From: Parasitella parasitica NRRL 2501
Lineage: Eukaryota; Fungi; Mucoromycota
Assembly: GCA_025201805.1 (NCBI GenBank)
Contig: MU619321.1
Coordinates: 62,001-126,000, forward strand
Reading direction: 5' to 3'
Length of the DNA stretch: 64,000 nt
Part shown: positions 1-11,877 of the stretch, piece after piece
Layout of the letters: the number at the start of each line of letters is the position of its first letter
How positions within the stretch are numbered: the first letter of the stretch is position 1
Program-made: the position numbers and the translations under genes
Notes under the pieces: generated by a model
Databases searched by the model: none
The model's input: the letters and a program-made list of their open reading frames with translations, nothing else
Told to the model about the DNA's origin: nothing

Positions 1-149
1 TGTCCTGCCCTAAAATTGAACATTCGTAATTACTGAGTTAGGTAAAAAAACAAATTATATACCAATTAACAAACGAGGGTTATTTATTTTGACATTGAGT
101 ATTCAAAATTAAAATTAGAAGCCACATACACCACACAAAAATATAAAAA

Positions 150-220
150 TGCGCGATCGGGGAATCGAACCCCGGCCCTTCGCGTGGCAGGCGAAGATTA
201 TACCACTTAACCAACCGCGC
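150..220 (-). tRNA. tRNA-Gly (GCC), intronless
   Basis: Reverse complement GCGCGGTTGGTTAAGTGGTATAATCTTCGCCTGCCACGCGAAGGGCCGGGGTTCGATTCCCCGATCGCGCA folds as a cloverleaf. Anticodon loop is CTGCCAC and T-loop is TTCGATT; a T-run (Pol III terminator) follows. Confidence 0.95.
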
Positions 221-509
221 ATTTACAATAATGTCAGATGTAGATATTAATACAACACAATTAATAATTATAATTTGGAGGAAAAGCACGTGATATACAC
301 TATGCAATGTTAAGGCAAATGTTAGATAAGAGAGTATATAGTAAACTTTGATTAACAGAATAAAGATGATGCTTATTTAATAAATTTCATGTTATAACTG
401 TAACTTTTTCCAGAAGTTTCCATGGTTTTGTATATGTCTATCTTGGTTTCTAGAAATTGCTATCTATTTATAATATAAATAATAAGCTTTATGTTTCTTT
501 AACTTTCTG

Positions 510-929
510 TGATCTGCCATAATGTAGGTTAGGAGATCATGATAGTGTACTTCAATTAAAGATTGGAGATCGTCCAATGACGTGTTGTTATACTTAAAGA
601 AAGTCTCTGTTTCAAATCGAGAGGGTTACCTGTAACACAGATCTGTATGATTGACAAACAATAAGGTACTGTCAGATCAAAGATCAATAACCTTGTAGTA
701 TAATAATACATCGTACCCTGTTAAGGATATAATGTTGCTTGCAAATTATTCTTATCGATTAGTATCGACTAGTATTTTAAATAAGTCACCAAAAATTTAT
801 GTTGTTGTAAAAAGTATAAATAGCAAATGCAAAGTTGAATCTTTAATAAAGTAATCTCAAGTTTTCGTATCTCGTTAATTCAACGTTTTATATTATACTT
901 TTCTTATTTCGATCTTGCAGATCTCAACA
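510..929 (+). mobile_element. Solo LTR of an LTR retrotransposon (copy 1)
   Basis: Runs TGATCTGC...GCAGATCTCAACA (TG..CA termini, short imperfect inverted ends). Flanked by a perfect 5-bp TSD TTCTG (505-509 / 930-934). Closely similar to 36832-37256. Strand is arbitrary. Confidence 0.88.
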
Positions 930-1166
930 TTCTGGAAGGAGGTACTCTTGGCTTGAACTTGCGTTTACCCGGCTTGGCCACTGATACCTCCGGAATACCT
1001 GCCGAACCAGTACTGACAAATTTGATACACATACGTATTTTTTTTAGTTGTCAACTTGACACTATACTTATTAACTCTCAAAAGAAAATACTCGCGTGAT
1101 AATTGTAGGAGTATTAATCATTTAATTATACATTTAAAATGTTGAAGTTTATTGTTACATTATGAT

Positions 1167-1749
1167 CTGGGGCGTTGTGTCAAAACAAGTCATTAAAATG
1201 AATCTGCCAAAGAGTTACACTTTTATTAGAAATACATCCTCCAAATGCAACTAAGATTTATATATAGAGCATGCGGTTCCCTGATTTACCCACGCACATT
1301 GGATTTAGCCTCTTGATCTGGCTACAAACTCTATAGCATGTTATTGATATAACAAAGTCCAAATTTATATAGTACACAAGAATAAAACAAAACAAACATA
1401 AACCAAGAAGGCATGGAGTTAACAAATGCTTTGGTTGGTTTTTTCAATTCCATTCCAGTTTATTGATTTTCGAGAAGTCGACGTTGCGTCTAGCACATCT
1501 CATTTTCAGAAACTAGTTAAAAATATGTCAACACTTCAGAAAATTAAAAGTAAAATATGTGGGTATGAAACAAAGCATGAAATAAATGATCATATATCTT
1601 CATTTAAAATAAAAGCTCTCTAAAAAAAAAGTAAATAATGCTGAAAGTCGGGCGAAATACGCGCAGTTAGACAATTGAACTCTGGTGTAATAAATGTGTA
1701 TGTAATTCTTTGATGGATTTATTTTATCAGACTTTTGACATAACACCAG
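1167..1749. mobile_element. MITE-like non-autonomous element with ~60-bp imperfect terminal inverted repeats
   Basis: Left arm CTGGGGCGTTGTGTCAAAACAAGTCATTAAAATGAATCTGCCAAAGAGTTACA..TTTATTA (1167-1228). It aligns with the reverse complement of 1688-1749 (CTGGTGTTATGTCAAAAGTCTGATAAAATAAATCCATCAAAGAATTACA..TTTATTA). No TSD was recognised. Confidence 0.6.
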
Positions 1750-2800
1750 CCTTTAAGAAGACCTCTACTAACGCTACCAAGAATACCAGAGCCTCATATC
1801 TAATTTAGAAGCAAAGAATAGAGAGATTGATGAGCAACTAAAAGAAATCATCATTCAAAAATTCTTCAATAATAATTTGAGCAAAGCGCAAGTAGCAAAG
1901 TTGTTCAAGCTTAATTAGAGCACTGTAGATGGTATAATTAAGCGAAAAACATTAGAAAATTAGCCGAAGAGGAAGAAAGAAAGAGCTTGTTAAACTTAGG
2001 GAAGAGAATTCCGAATTCCTAAATGATATAATGGACGAAGACTGTCAATTGACATTAGGAAACATGCAGAACAGGTTGTTGGAAAAGTTCCCTGATCTAG
2101 CTGAAAAGGGAATATCTATTTCGCAACTCCACCAGCATATTCGACAAAACATAGGCTTTACTTTGAAGAGAAAAAAACCAGTCGAAGAGAAGAGAAACTT
2201 GCCTGAAGTAATCAGAAGCAAATCGTACTTGGTCAGTAAAACTCCTAGACCTTGCATATCCTACAAGACGAATTGCATCTTCCTTGATGAAGCGGGGTTC
2301 AACTCTAACTTGATTCGTAGAGAAGGGTATTCAAAGAAAACAGAAGACGCAATTGTTAAGTCGACAACAAAGAAAGCCCTGAATATAACCATTCTAGCAG
2401 TAATATCATACTAAGTTGTCGAAGATGTCACAGCAAAAATGGTCAAAGGTGGTACGAATTCAGAGCTTTTTCTTGAATTTATAAAGCAGATCGTTGCAGC
2501 CTCTCATTGCTCTATAATGGATAGTACTCGTATACATACTGCTGAATTGATTAAAAAAATATTTTAGATATGAAACAGAACATCATGTTCACTTTTTGCA
2601 AGCATACAGTCCATCTTTAAACCCTATTAAAGAGTGCTTCTCTAAATTGAAAAGCTTGACCAGAAAAAAGGCTGGATTTGATGCTAAAGAGTTCGTAAAT
2701 TGTATAGAAGAATCCAGTAAACAAATAGTTAGTGATAATCGCCAAGGTTGGGTTGATCGCAGCATCACTTTTTTTTGAAAAAAAAAAGCCTAGATGAAGA
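1750..2800 (+). pseudogene. Degenerate Tc1/mariner (IS630-like) DDE transposase
   Basis: Fragments CIFLDEAGFN, IMDSTRIH (~2515-2540) and YSPSLNPIKECFSKLK correspond to the three catalytic motifs. An HTH-like region lies upstream. Broken by stops and frameshifts. A 10-bp inverted match TTGTAGGAGT (~1103 / ~2934) may be a TIR remnant. Confidence 0.85.
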
Positions 2801-3901
2801 CGAAACCAGAAAGAGAGCAATTATGGCTTGTTTTTCTCAATCGTTAATAAGAATCCTATATTCCCCCGCGATATAATCACTTTTAATCTCTTTATTTATT
2901 GTCTTTGGAAATAATCGGTATTAATAAGAAATAACTCCTACAACATAAAACGTTATTGACATTTTATCGCTATTATACTGAGATATCATTCTAATCAAGC
3001 TTTTTACTTGATATTGTGACATCCTGTTTCGATACAAACAGTATTCAAAGAATGTTAAAGTGTAATAAATATGTTATATTATAGAAGACTTTGTTTATTA
3101 AAGATGATGTTTTATTTATATAACTTGTTATAAATGGATTTTTAGAAGCAAGCAGTTGCCATAGTTTTGTATATTCTTCGGTCCTTGAAATTATATAAGG
3201 GTTTGACTATCTAAGGCTTGTGGATTGTAAGTCAGGATTACCCAGATACCAAATACTAGAGGTGAGACCTTCTTTTATAAGATACCTATAATATAACATT
3301 ATTATAACAGTGGAAAAAAGAGCTATACGCCGACTTGTAGTCTATGCAGTGGATATGCCTCCATTTTTTGATAAAAAATGCATTAGAAATATGTGGTTGT
3401 AACCATGTTTATTGACATCATAAAATAGATAAATTGGCTATCACAAAATGACACTCAATCCTTCGTGCGTTCTACCATACCTCAGTAGCTACATAAGAAG
3501 CAAGCGTTACGGTGCAAAAACTGATTTTATCAATCATTTAGCGATGTAGAGTATATATTTTCTTACAAAGCAATCGAGGATATCGACACAACGATTAAAT
3601 AGTATACATTTGGTGAGCTGTCATACGGATGTGCCCTAATGTCATAATAAAAAGCATTTTTCATGTTTTAATATCACCATTCTCTCTAAATTTCATGTCA
3701 GTCGTTGCGTTATTAACTGTCCATCATTTAAGAAATGTGGATAGTTGAGAAGATACGTTAATAACAACGGGTAAGACGTACTCGTTGCATAGGTGCGTGG
3801 AAAGTTATGGTAGGCGTGAGCCGGAGTGTTAAAACAATGACCCTCATATCGAAGACACAACAATTGTGCGCATCTTTTCTTTCCAGGTCTTGTAAATTAA
3901 A

Positions 3902-4613
3902 ATGGTAAACCTTTCTTTATACTCTATTAAGGCCGTCATCTTGCTCGATGCAGAAGGAAATCGCGTACTGGCAAAGTATTATGGAGGAGAGAACACTACA
4001 TTAAAACAACAAAAGCAATTTGAAAAGGGTTTATTTGATAAAACAAAACGTGCCCAAGGTGAGTAATACATACATTAGAGTGTACACACAACTGAAAGGT
4101 AAAAAATACAACGTGTTATATAGGCGAAGTTATTTTATACGATAACCAGGTTGTATTATATCGCTCAAATATCGATATTTTTTTTTATGTTGTCGGTTCT
4201 ATGGAGGAAAATGAATTGATTTTGCTAAGCATGTTGAACGCTTTCTATGATGCTGTCTCTACTTTACTCAGGTGAATGAATTTTTAAAGAACACCGAGAG
4301 GAAAGCAGAAACTAATGTAAGCATTTAGATATCAAGTTGAGAAGCGCTCTGTTATGGATAATTTAGATTTGGTTATTCTCTGTCTCGATGAGACAGTTGA
4401 TGGCGGGTAAGATAGAGGGAGAAGAGAGTGAACTATGAGCGTAACCTCTGATGGTGTTCATATAGAATTATATTGGAAACCGACTCAAATGCAATTGTCA
4501 GTCGAGTGTCCAAACCTCGTATGGATGTGGTCGATATCCCCTTTTCTGAACAAACTTTGCTGCAAGCTTATCAAACGGCCAAAGATAAATTTGCCAACCA
4601 ACTTTTAAGATAA
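3902..4613 (+). CDS. RET3: Coatomer zeta subunit (zeta-COP), 4 exons
   Basis: Spliced translation [27 protein letters not shown]...[12 protein letters not shown]...[15 protein letters not shown]...[16 protein letters not shown]. Three GT-AG introns; TAA at 4611-4613. Absent from the ORF track. Confidence 0.93.
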
Positions 4614-5875
4614 ACTGGTCTTTTTTTCCAACAACAATTGCCTTTGACGTACTCTTACACATTTATAACCTATCATTACTATTATTTTTTTGTTTTTAAT
4701 ACAAAAAAAAAAAAAGAACTCCTGAAAATTGGTGCCAATTCCTTTTTTAAAGCATTGCCGTTTGTGTGATTGGAAATGTTTGTTTAGAAAGAATCATAAA
4801 GAATAGAATTTTCAGAAATGCCGTAAAAAAGACGATTTGATAAGCGAGAAGCTTAATATTGTTATACAAAGGCAGGGAGTTCTGTTGACAGCTAATTTAA
4901 AGAAAAAAAAAAGGGGGTTCAATTATATCGTTCGTTTTGTGTGAGCATTGGGAAGAAGAATAATAGCACACGAAAGTGAGTGGCAATAGAACGATGACGA
5001 AATGAGAGAGCCAAACCTCCTATTGAAGTTGTATGTATGGCTTTGTCTATTTCCCTCCTTTTTTTCATCATTAAATAGACAAAATATCAAAACTGCTCTT
5101 TCTTGATTTGATAACATGTTCTTTAATGTAAGTCCAAAGAATTCTTTGTCATGACACTTACTCGGCTACAGCAATTTATTATTATAAAAAAAAAAAAAGA
5201 CCACAAAAACAACAACAATAACAAATGCTGCATCTAATTGCAGACTTGCTACGCCAAATAGGTGACTTTATAACCTTCGAATCAAGGGGTTTCTTGGGCT
5301 TTTTTGGGTGTATGTTTGTTTTTTTGACCCTGATATTATCACCAGAGTGATTACAGAAACTAATCGAGGTACCCGCTCCTAATATAAATACAAAAGTTCG
5401 AGTGTTTTGATCGTAATCTCTCTCTCCTATTTTTTTTTTTCGTTTGATCCATTTTGGATACACTTTTTGTTGACATCTATTTCCAGGGAACAGATTTAGG
5501 AGAAAAGCTTAATATTCTTTTTCAGTCCCGGATTCAAGTAGATTTGTATACAAATATCAAAGCCAAAGACAAAAGTGCCTTTGATTTAAACTTTTGTGTC
5601 GTATACAATTAGCTATTTGGAGGCATCATTATATAAATTTAACAAATAAAAAATTATCTTGTGGATAGTAAATCCTATTTCTAAAATTGAAATCTTTTGT
5701 GTTCCATTTGATGGGTGTTGTTGATTTTTGTTTGTCCCTTAAGAGCAACTGAATATATATATAGCAGGTAATAAAGAAAGTGAAAACTTCCCCTTAAAAA
5801 AAAAATATAAAAAGCAAGCTAGTGTTTGAACCAGATTTCTTTTTTTTTTCCTTGTCTAATATACAAATATCTAAA

Positions 5876-6791
5876 ATGGAATCAATGCCATTCACCTCGA
5901 ATAACACTCTTGTCCCTCAATCATATATTTCATTTTCCAATAACAATACAAGTTATCCGCCTTTGATGGCTCCTACTCGCTCATTTTCACCCGAGTTCAA
6001 CCATGTTGATTCTCCTACCTATAGCTTTTCAAGCAGTAGCAGTGCGTCAAGAGTCCAAGATGACAAGTACTCGACTGTATATCCTCCCATGTATAGCAAT
6101 GCAAATACCTTGGAAAAACAAGAAATATTATCGCCATTACCTGACTCGTTTTATGACGCTTATCAAGGAGGAGGAATGCCCCTATTAACGCCACCAGCCG
6201 AGCCTTTCTATCCTCCACCACCACAAGCGCAACAAGATTATATGAGAGCAATGCCGCCTGCAGACTACCCTATTGATTATTACTATGAATCGAACACATC
6301 ATCCCCGATGCCAATGCCAATGCCAATGCAACCATGCTACACTCCGGGATGTCACTGTCAATTGTCAACACCCCCTCCTCCAACAACTCAATCATCATCA
6401 CAGCAATCATTCTATGGCATGTCACAAGGTTTTTACGATCCATCACCTTACTCTCGCAACAGCACGCAGCCTGGCAGCAAGAGACAGTACAAATCTAGAA
6501 GTAGCATCGATTCTGTTGTGAGCCACGAGAAATCCGCCAATACTCCCAGAAGATACAAATGTACTTTGTGCATCAAGAGATTCACTCGTCCAAGCTCGTT
6601 AGCTACCCACATGCATAGCCATACTGGAGAAGTACGTAGCTGATAATTGACATTTAGTGATTACTTGACTAACTTTTTTTTTCTTTTTTACACAGAAACC
6701 TTACAAATGCATTGTTGATGGCTGTGGTCGTCGGTTCTCTGTAGTTAGCAATCTACGCCGTCATGCCAAAATTCATACGAGTACTCCATAA
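5876..6791 (+). CDS. C2H2 zinc-finger transcription factor (two C-terminal fingers, Nrg1-like), 2 exons
   Basis: Finger 1 [26 protein letters not shown], intron 6632-6695, finger 2 [29 protein letters not shown]-rich N-terminus. Confidence 0.9.
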
Positions 6792-9550
6792 AGGAAGCCC
6801 CTTCTTTTTTTTTTTCTTATCCCTTTATTTTCTCGGTAATTCTGGTAATTTGGTAAAGTACGGAAACCGAATGTAATTAATACAAAGTTCCCTCATTTAT
6901 AATATATCCTCATCTATACGTCTCCCCTTTTTGTAATATTTAACATTAAAATTGCCACTCAATTATTTTACATTATCATCCTCATCCACACTGATCAAAT
7001 GTCAAATGTCAAAAAAAAAAAGACGAAAAAAGACATTAGAGTACATGTATTCTTTAGTTTTTTTNNNNNNNNNNTATCGCCATATATCAATAAATAACCA
7101 AACAGTATCTTTAACGATTCAATTAACTGGACGTCGCTAATGACATTACAAGTATTTCCGCAATCCGTTGCTTGATACAAGCAGGAGTTTTTTTTGTTAC
7201 AAGGGGACAGTAAGGGGAGCATTCAAGGGCCATTCCACGTGATGAGACGATTTATATAAAATCCATTCATGAAGCAATCAGTGATTGTAAATGGGTTATT
7301 TCGAATCCATCCTTGTATCACGGACACTATTGCCTTACATGTGCATTCATGTTTGTTTATTTGTATCTTTGCCGTTCTTGAACCATCTTATTATCGTTGA
7401 TAAAGAAATCTGTCAAAAAGAATGAAATAAACAAAAAACAACGTGGATGGAATAGCAAAGATACAATTGTATACTCATGTTGTTATATGAATATCAAGGA
7501 GGATTAATATTAAAGGGAGAGGAAGAGAATTCACAATGAAATTGTCAACGAGCGAACAATTCGAGGGGGTTCCGTGTGCGCTCATGTAATAATAGCTTCA
7601 CCAAGGGGATCATTCATCTATATATACCTATGCCAAGTGTAAATTCACCACGTTATCCAGGCATTCATATCATGTAAACAAGTTGTTAATGAAATGAGGT
7701 ACATAACTTGTCAATTATTAATGGTTTCCGATTGGATTGTTTCAAAAGTAACCATGTATTGCAAGTAGTAGCAACAGATGTGCATCAGTCAGCTAGTCAG
7801 CTAGTCAGCCAGTTAGTTAAGCACTTACAGCCTACGCCAACATCCAAGGCAAAATACTGATACTTCATTTATATAGTAGCGTTTGCTCCTGCATTAAGCA
7901 ACACAGTTTGTTGTTTAACAGGTCATGATTGAAAAAAAAAAAAAAAAAAAAGAACAAAAAATTATAGAAAGATAAAAAAAAAATTATGTATTCAAAAAAA
8001 AGAAACAGCAATAATAGCGCCCATTTTTTCTAAATTGCCATTGTTCATTTAACAAAAAAAAAAAAAAAAAAAGTCGATTTCGCCAAGGATGTGTTGCTAT
8101 TGGCACCATCTAAACTTGTATCGCGCATCTCTTGGATAGACGCATTTCTCGATGTGAACTGTCTCAATAGTATAATAATCAGTGTGTTCTTTTTCAGCGA
8201 TACCTCCTTAAAAAACAAATAAAAAAAAATGTGACATTTCTGCAGTGATGGTATCAGGGTAAACAGACGACGATAGCTTCAAGATATTTGTATCATCAAG
8301 ATTAAATGATCTGCTGGTTGCAGGTTCTTTTGTAATCTGATCAGTTGCAATACAAGAGCAAAAATTAAACTTGCGTGGCAGAAAACAGCCGTGAATAAAA
8401 TGCTGATCAAGGTGCACCATATCATTATGTCATGGTGTATTTTAAAGTTGCTCGTACATACGGAGTGCTTTGCTGCTTAAGATATCTCTGTATTATTCCT
8501 GAAAATTATAAAGATAAATATTTTTGATTTGGCTAGGAACTTTCTCTTCCTCTTGTGCACTACCCCGTTTATTTACATCTTTGCGCTGGCCTTTCTCCAC
8601 ATAAAAAAATCCAGAAGCTTTTACCGCGATGTTGCATCAAAATACTATGGCCTACTATCGCGTAATATCGGATTTTTGTTAAAAAAAAAAAAAAGTGCCT
8701 TCATCTGATGGTCGTTGATTTTGAGACACAATGAATATAAAAATGGGATCATTTGGAGAGTTTAGAACAGACGCATGTTTGTTTTCGTAAATAAAAAAGT
8801 ACTTTCATTGCAGCACCGAGAACTATTGTACCACCAGGAATCAGATTTTAACCCAATTTGCATTTCCTACTCGGATAAAAAGCGATAGCCTTTTCTGGCT
8901 CCATGGAACTGCTTCCAATGTCAGAGTAACCGAAAGGCTGCATGTATGGTGTTTATATGTGAGAGGGAATACTCGCCTTGGTTAACTGTAAACGTCATAT
9001 GACGTGAGAGAGTCGAATTAGAGGTATGTGTTCATGTACGAGCCATGTCCAAATGCGAATATAGTTACCGGCCTCAATTACAGTAGGTATACAAACCAGT
9101 AGTCTACGCTTTGAAGCATATCAAACTGGACGCTAACGAGTGTGTTAAAAAGGAGCTTCAAGCAGGGCGCAGATGGGATTGACAGCAATTGTTGATCTGT
9201 GGAAAGACCAGTGTAACAGAGACACTTTACACGGTTTTCCTTGTCCTCCAATGGAATGTGCCAGTTTATGGGCTACTTGGGCAGCAAGAGAGAACAAGAA
9301 GAAAGGCTACTGTCTTACTTTTTTGCTCTACCGTTGATTTATGTGTAAATTTTCTGTTTACATGATGATGAAAGACGAATATGCTTCAGTACAATACTTG
9401 ATTATAGTGTGAGTATGAATTTTTATTGCAGTAGCAAAAGATTTAAATCAAGTCTGTGAATCGGGCTTAAATAACATTGTGCCCAAAAATGCAAAGATGT
9501 TTGAGTACCTCAAATCAAATGGACCTGATTGACTCTGGTAGCAACAGTTG

Positions 9551-10129
9551 TCAGGAACGACGGCGCCGGGCTTTACAATGTTGACCTTTTTCATGAGCCA
9601 ATCTTGCAAATTTGAGTACACTATCTTGCTTGATGCCCAGTTGGCTTACAGCAGCAGTGTCATTTAACAGCTTGATATGCTGAAACTCCAAGCAGTGTGT
9701 TCTCCAAATGTATCTCCTAAACCAATCGGTAACATATTCAGACAGGTTGCTTTCAGGCTTACCAGCTAATCTTTTTGCTGTCTGCTTGGCGGTTTACGTG
9801 TAATTTGATGAGGCGCTTGATGTCTTGCACTGTTGACGACTGATGCACAACAATAGCTACATGAGTTGGTGAGCTTTTGTTTTGAAGAAAAAAAAAAAAA
9901 AGGAGAGAGTTTGCATACCAATAGGAGGCAAGGGCAGCCGTTCGACTGTGATGTTGTAAGCTGTTCCCTTTTCAATAGCAAGAAGCGCCTCCAATTCCTC
10001 GACTGTTGCATGTGCGGATATGTCTGCAAGGATCTCGTCCTGTTCCAGAATGTTGCGGATGTTACGTGCTAGCTCGTTGATGATGTCGTTGTCTTTATTT
10101 GCGCGAGTCGTTAGAGGTGAATTGGGCAT
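9551..10129 (-). CDS. SNRNP25: U11/U12 snRNP 25-kDa protein (minor spliceosome, ubiquitin-like), 3 exons
   Basis: Spliced: ...DEILADISAHATVEELEALLAIEKGTAYNITVER...IVVHQSSTVQDIKRLIK...KISWRYIWRTHCLEFQHIKLLNDTAAVSQLGIKQDSVLKF. Matches the recalled SNRNP25 pattern (DPLLxDLP..T.EEV...IALE.G; TVxDLKKAI; ISWxYVWRTY.L). Confidence 0.85.
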
Positions 10130-10277
10130 TGCAATAAAAAGTAAAATACTAGAGCAGCGTTGTATGACGCGTTGAAAAAGCTCCTTTTATCGCAGAAGGG
10201 GAGCTCGAACACAGACCCTTCTTTTTCTCTTCTCCACACATAATAATATACCAGAAACTTTGTACATACTTTCCATC

Positions 10278-11406
10278 ATGAACGCATTAAATGGTAATAC
10301 CAACATCTCTAGCGGCAGTCGTATCATTCCCCTTACTTGCTCTGGACACACACGTCCTGTTGTTGATATTCAGTTTTCATCCATAACACCACAAGGAAAT
10401 TACTATTTGATATCAGCGTGCAAAGGTGAGCAGTTTGTGTGTAAATGCGCAACGTCCAGTTACTCATTTTAAACAGACGGTAATCCCATGCTACGTGAAG
10501 GCGTTACTGGCGATTGGATAGGCACATTTCAAGGACATAAAGGAGCCGTCTGGAGCGCACGATTCTCTGGGGATTCTAATAGAGCGGTAACAGGATCAGC
10601 CGACTTTACTGCCAAAGTGTGGGACACACACAATGGCAAAGAATTACACACCTTTGTGCACAAACACATTGTACGGGCTGCTGATTTCAATACAGACAAT
10701 ACCAAGATCTTGACAGGGGGCAAGGAGAGGAAACTGAGAATATTTGACCTGTATCGACCTGAAGCGCCAGCTGTAGAACTTGAAGGCCACACAGATACAG
10801 TCAAGGCAGTTATCTGGGACGAAGCGCATCACCAGGTATTGAGCGCTGGCGATGATTCTACTGTTCGTATTTGGGATTTGCGTACTATGGTTCAAAGTGG
10901 TATTATTGAATGTAAGGATCCCGTCTCAACAATGTCATTTGATTTCAGTGGCGAGTATGTTACTTGGGCTGCTGGAAACACTGCCAACTTTTGGAAACCT
11001 GGAGCTAGTTTTGAAGATGTCAAGACAATTGAGACCAAGAAAAAGACTTGTTCTGTATCTCTTCATCCTAGCCACAAAAAGTTTGTTGCTGGAAGTGATG
11101 AAGATCTGTGGGTGCGTATCTACGACTTTAAGTCTGGCGAAGAATTAGGCAAGTGTAGAGTGTTGTGTTGACGGCATTCAACGCTAATTATATCGAGTCA
11201 ATAGAGGTTTACAAAGGTCACCATGGCCCGATCCATACGGTTAGCTATAGCCCTGATGGCGAAATGTACGCAACTGGTTCAGGTAAGACTAAATGTGGCC
11301 GCAAAACTTTTATTTGCTAATCTTTTGCCTATTTCTCGCAGAGGACGGCACCATTCGTTTGTGGCAAACAGACCCGACTAAGCCTTATGGATTGTGGCAA
11401 AAATAA
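10278..11406 (+). CDS. STRAP: STRAP/Unrip WD40 protein, 4 exons
   Basis: [52 protein letters not shown] and C-terminal [12 protein letters not shown]...YGLW are diagnostic of STRAP. One intron is GC-AG. Confidence 0.93.
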
Positions 11407-11877
11407 ATCTTTCTTTTTCCTTGCTTTTCGTAATTTTAGCCTTTGTAAAAAATACCTCAAGATCGCTCTTTATCGCTGGTTCAACAACGGGAAGTCTGTC
11501 GATGCTCAGAATATAGTGTCATTTCCTTGGCGAGTGTGTCTATATTGCTTCTCATCCGTGATAGCCTTTTTTGTTTTTGTTTTGTTTCTATTGCATGATT
11601 GAATTCGCTTCTACAGACATTGCCTCTATTTCGGGATTATTCAATTATCACATGCACTGTGTCTCTACGGATGAAAAAGGGGGATGGGGGAGTCTTTCGG
11701 GCACTTCAACTTGGCCAGTTTCCGGCATTTTCCGACTTGCTTACATTGTGTAGCGATGTTTAAAGAAGTGGCTGTAATGGATCCAGTTGTACTTTCACAA
11801 GCCAACAGTCTGATATAAATAGTGGAGGGATTATCTTTTCGTAGATCTTTATTTCCCTCTCTTTTCTTTCTTTAATT

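Noticed and set aside
7786-7820. (CAGCTAGT)n short tandem repeat
   Set aside because: Only about 3 degenerate units with no spacers; not CRISPR-like.
9362-9530. Possible box C/D snoRNA (ATGATGA at ~9362)
   Set aside because: No convincing D box, terminal stem or rRNA guide sequence.
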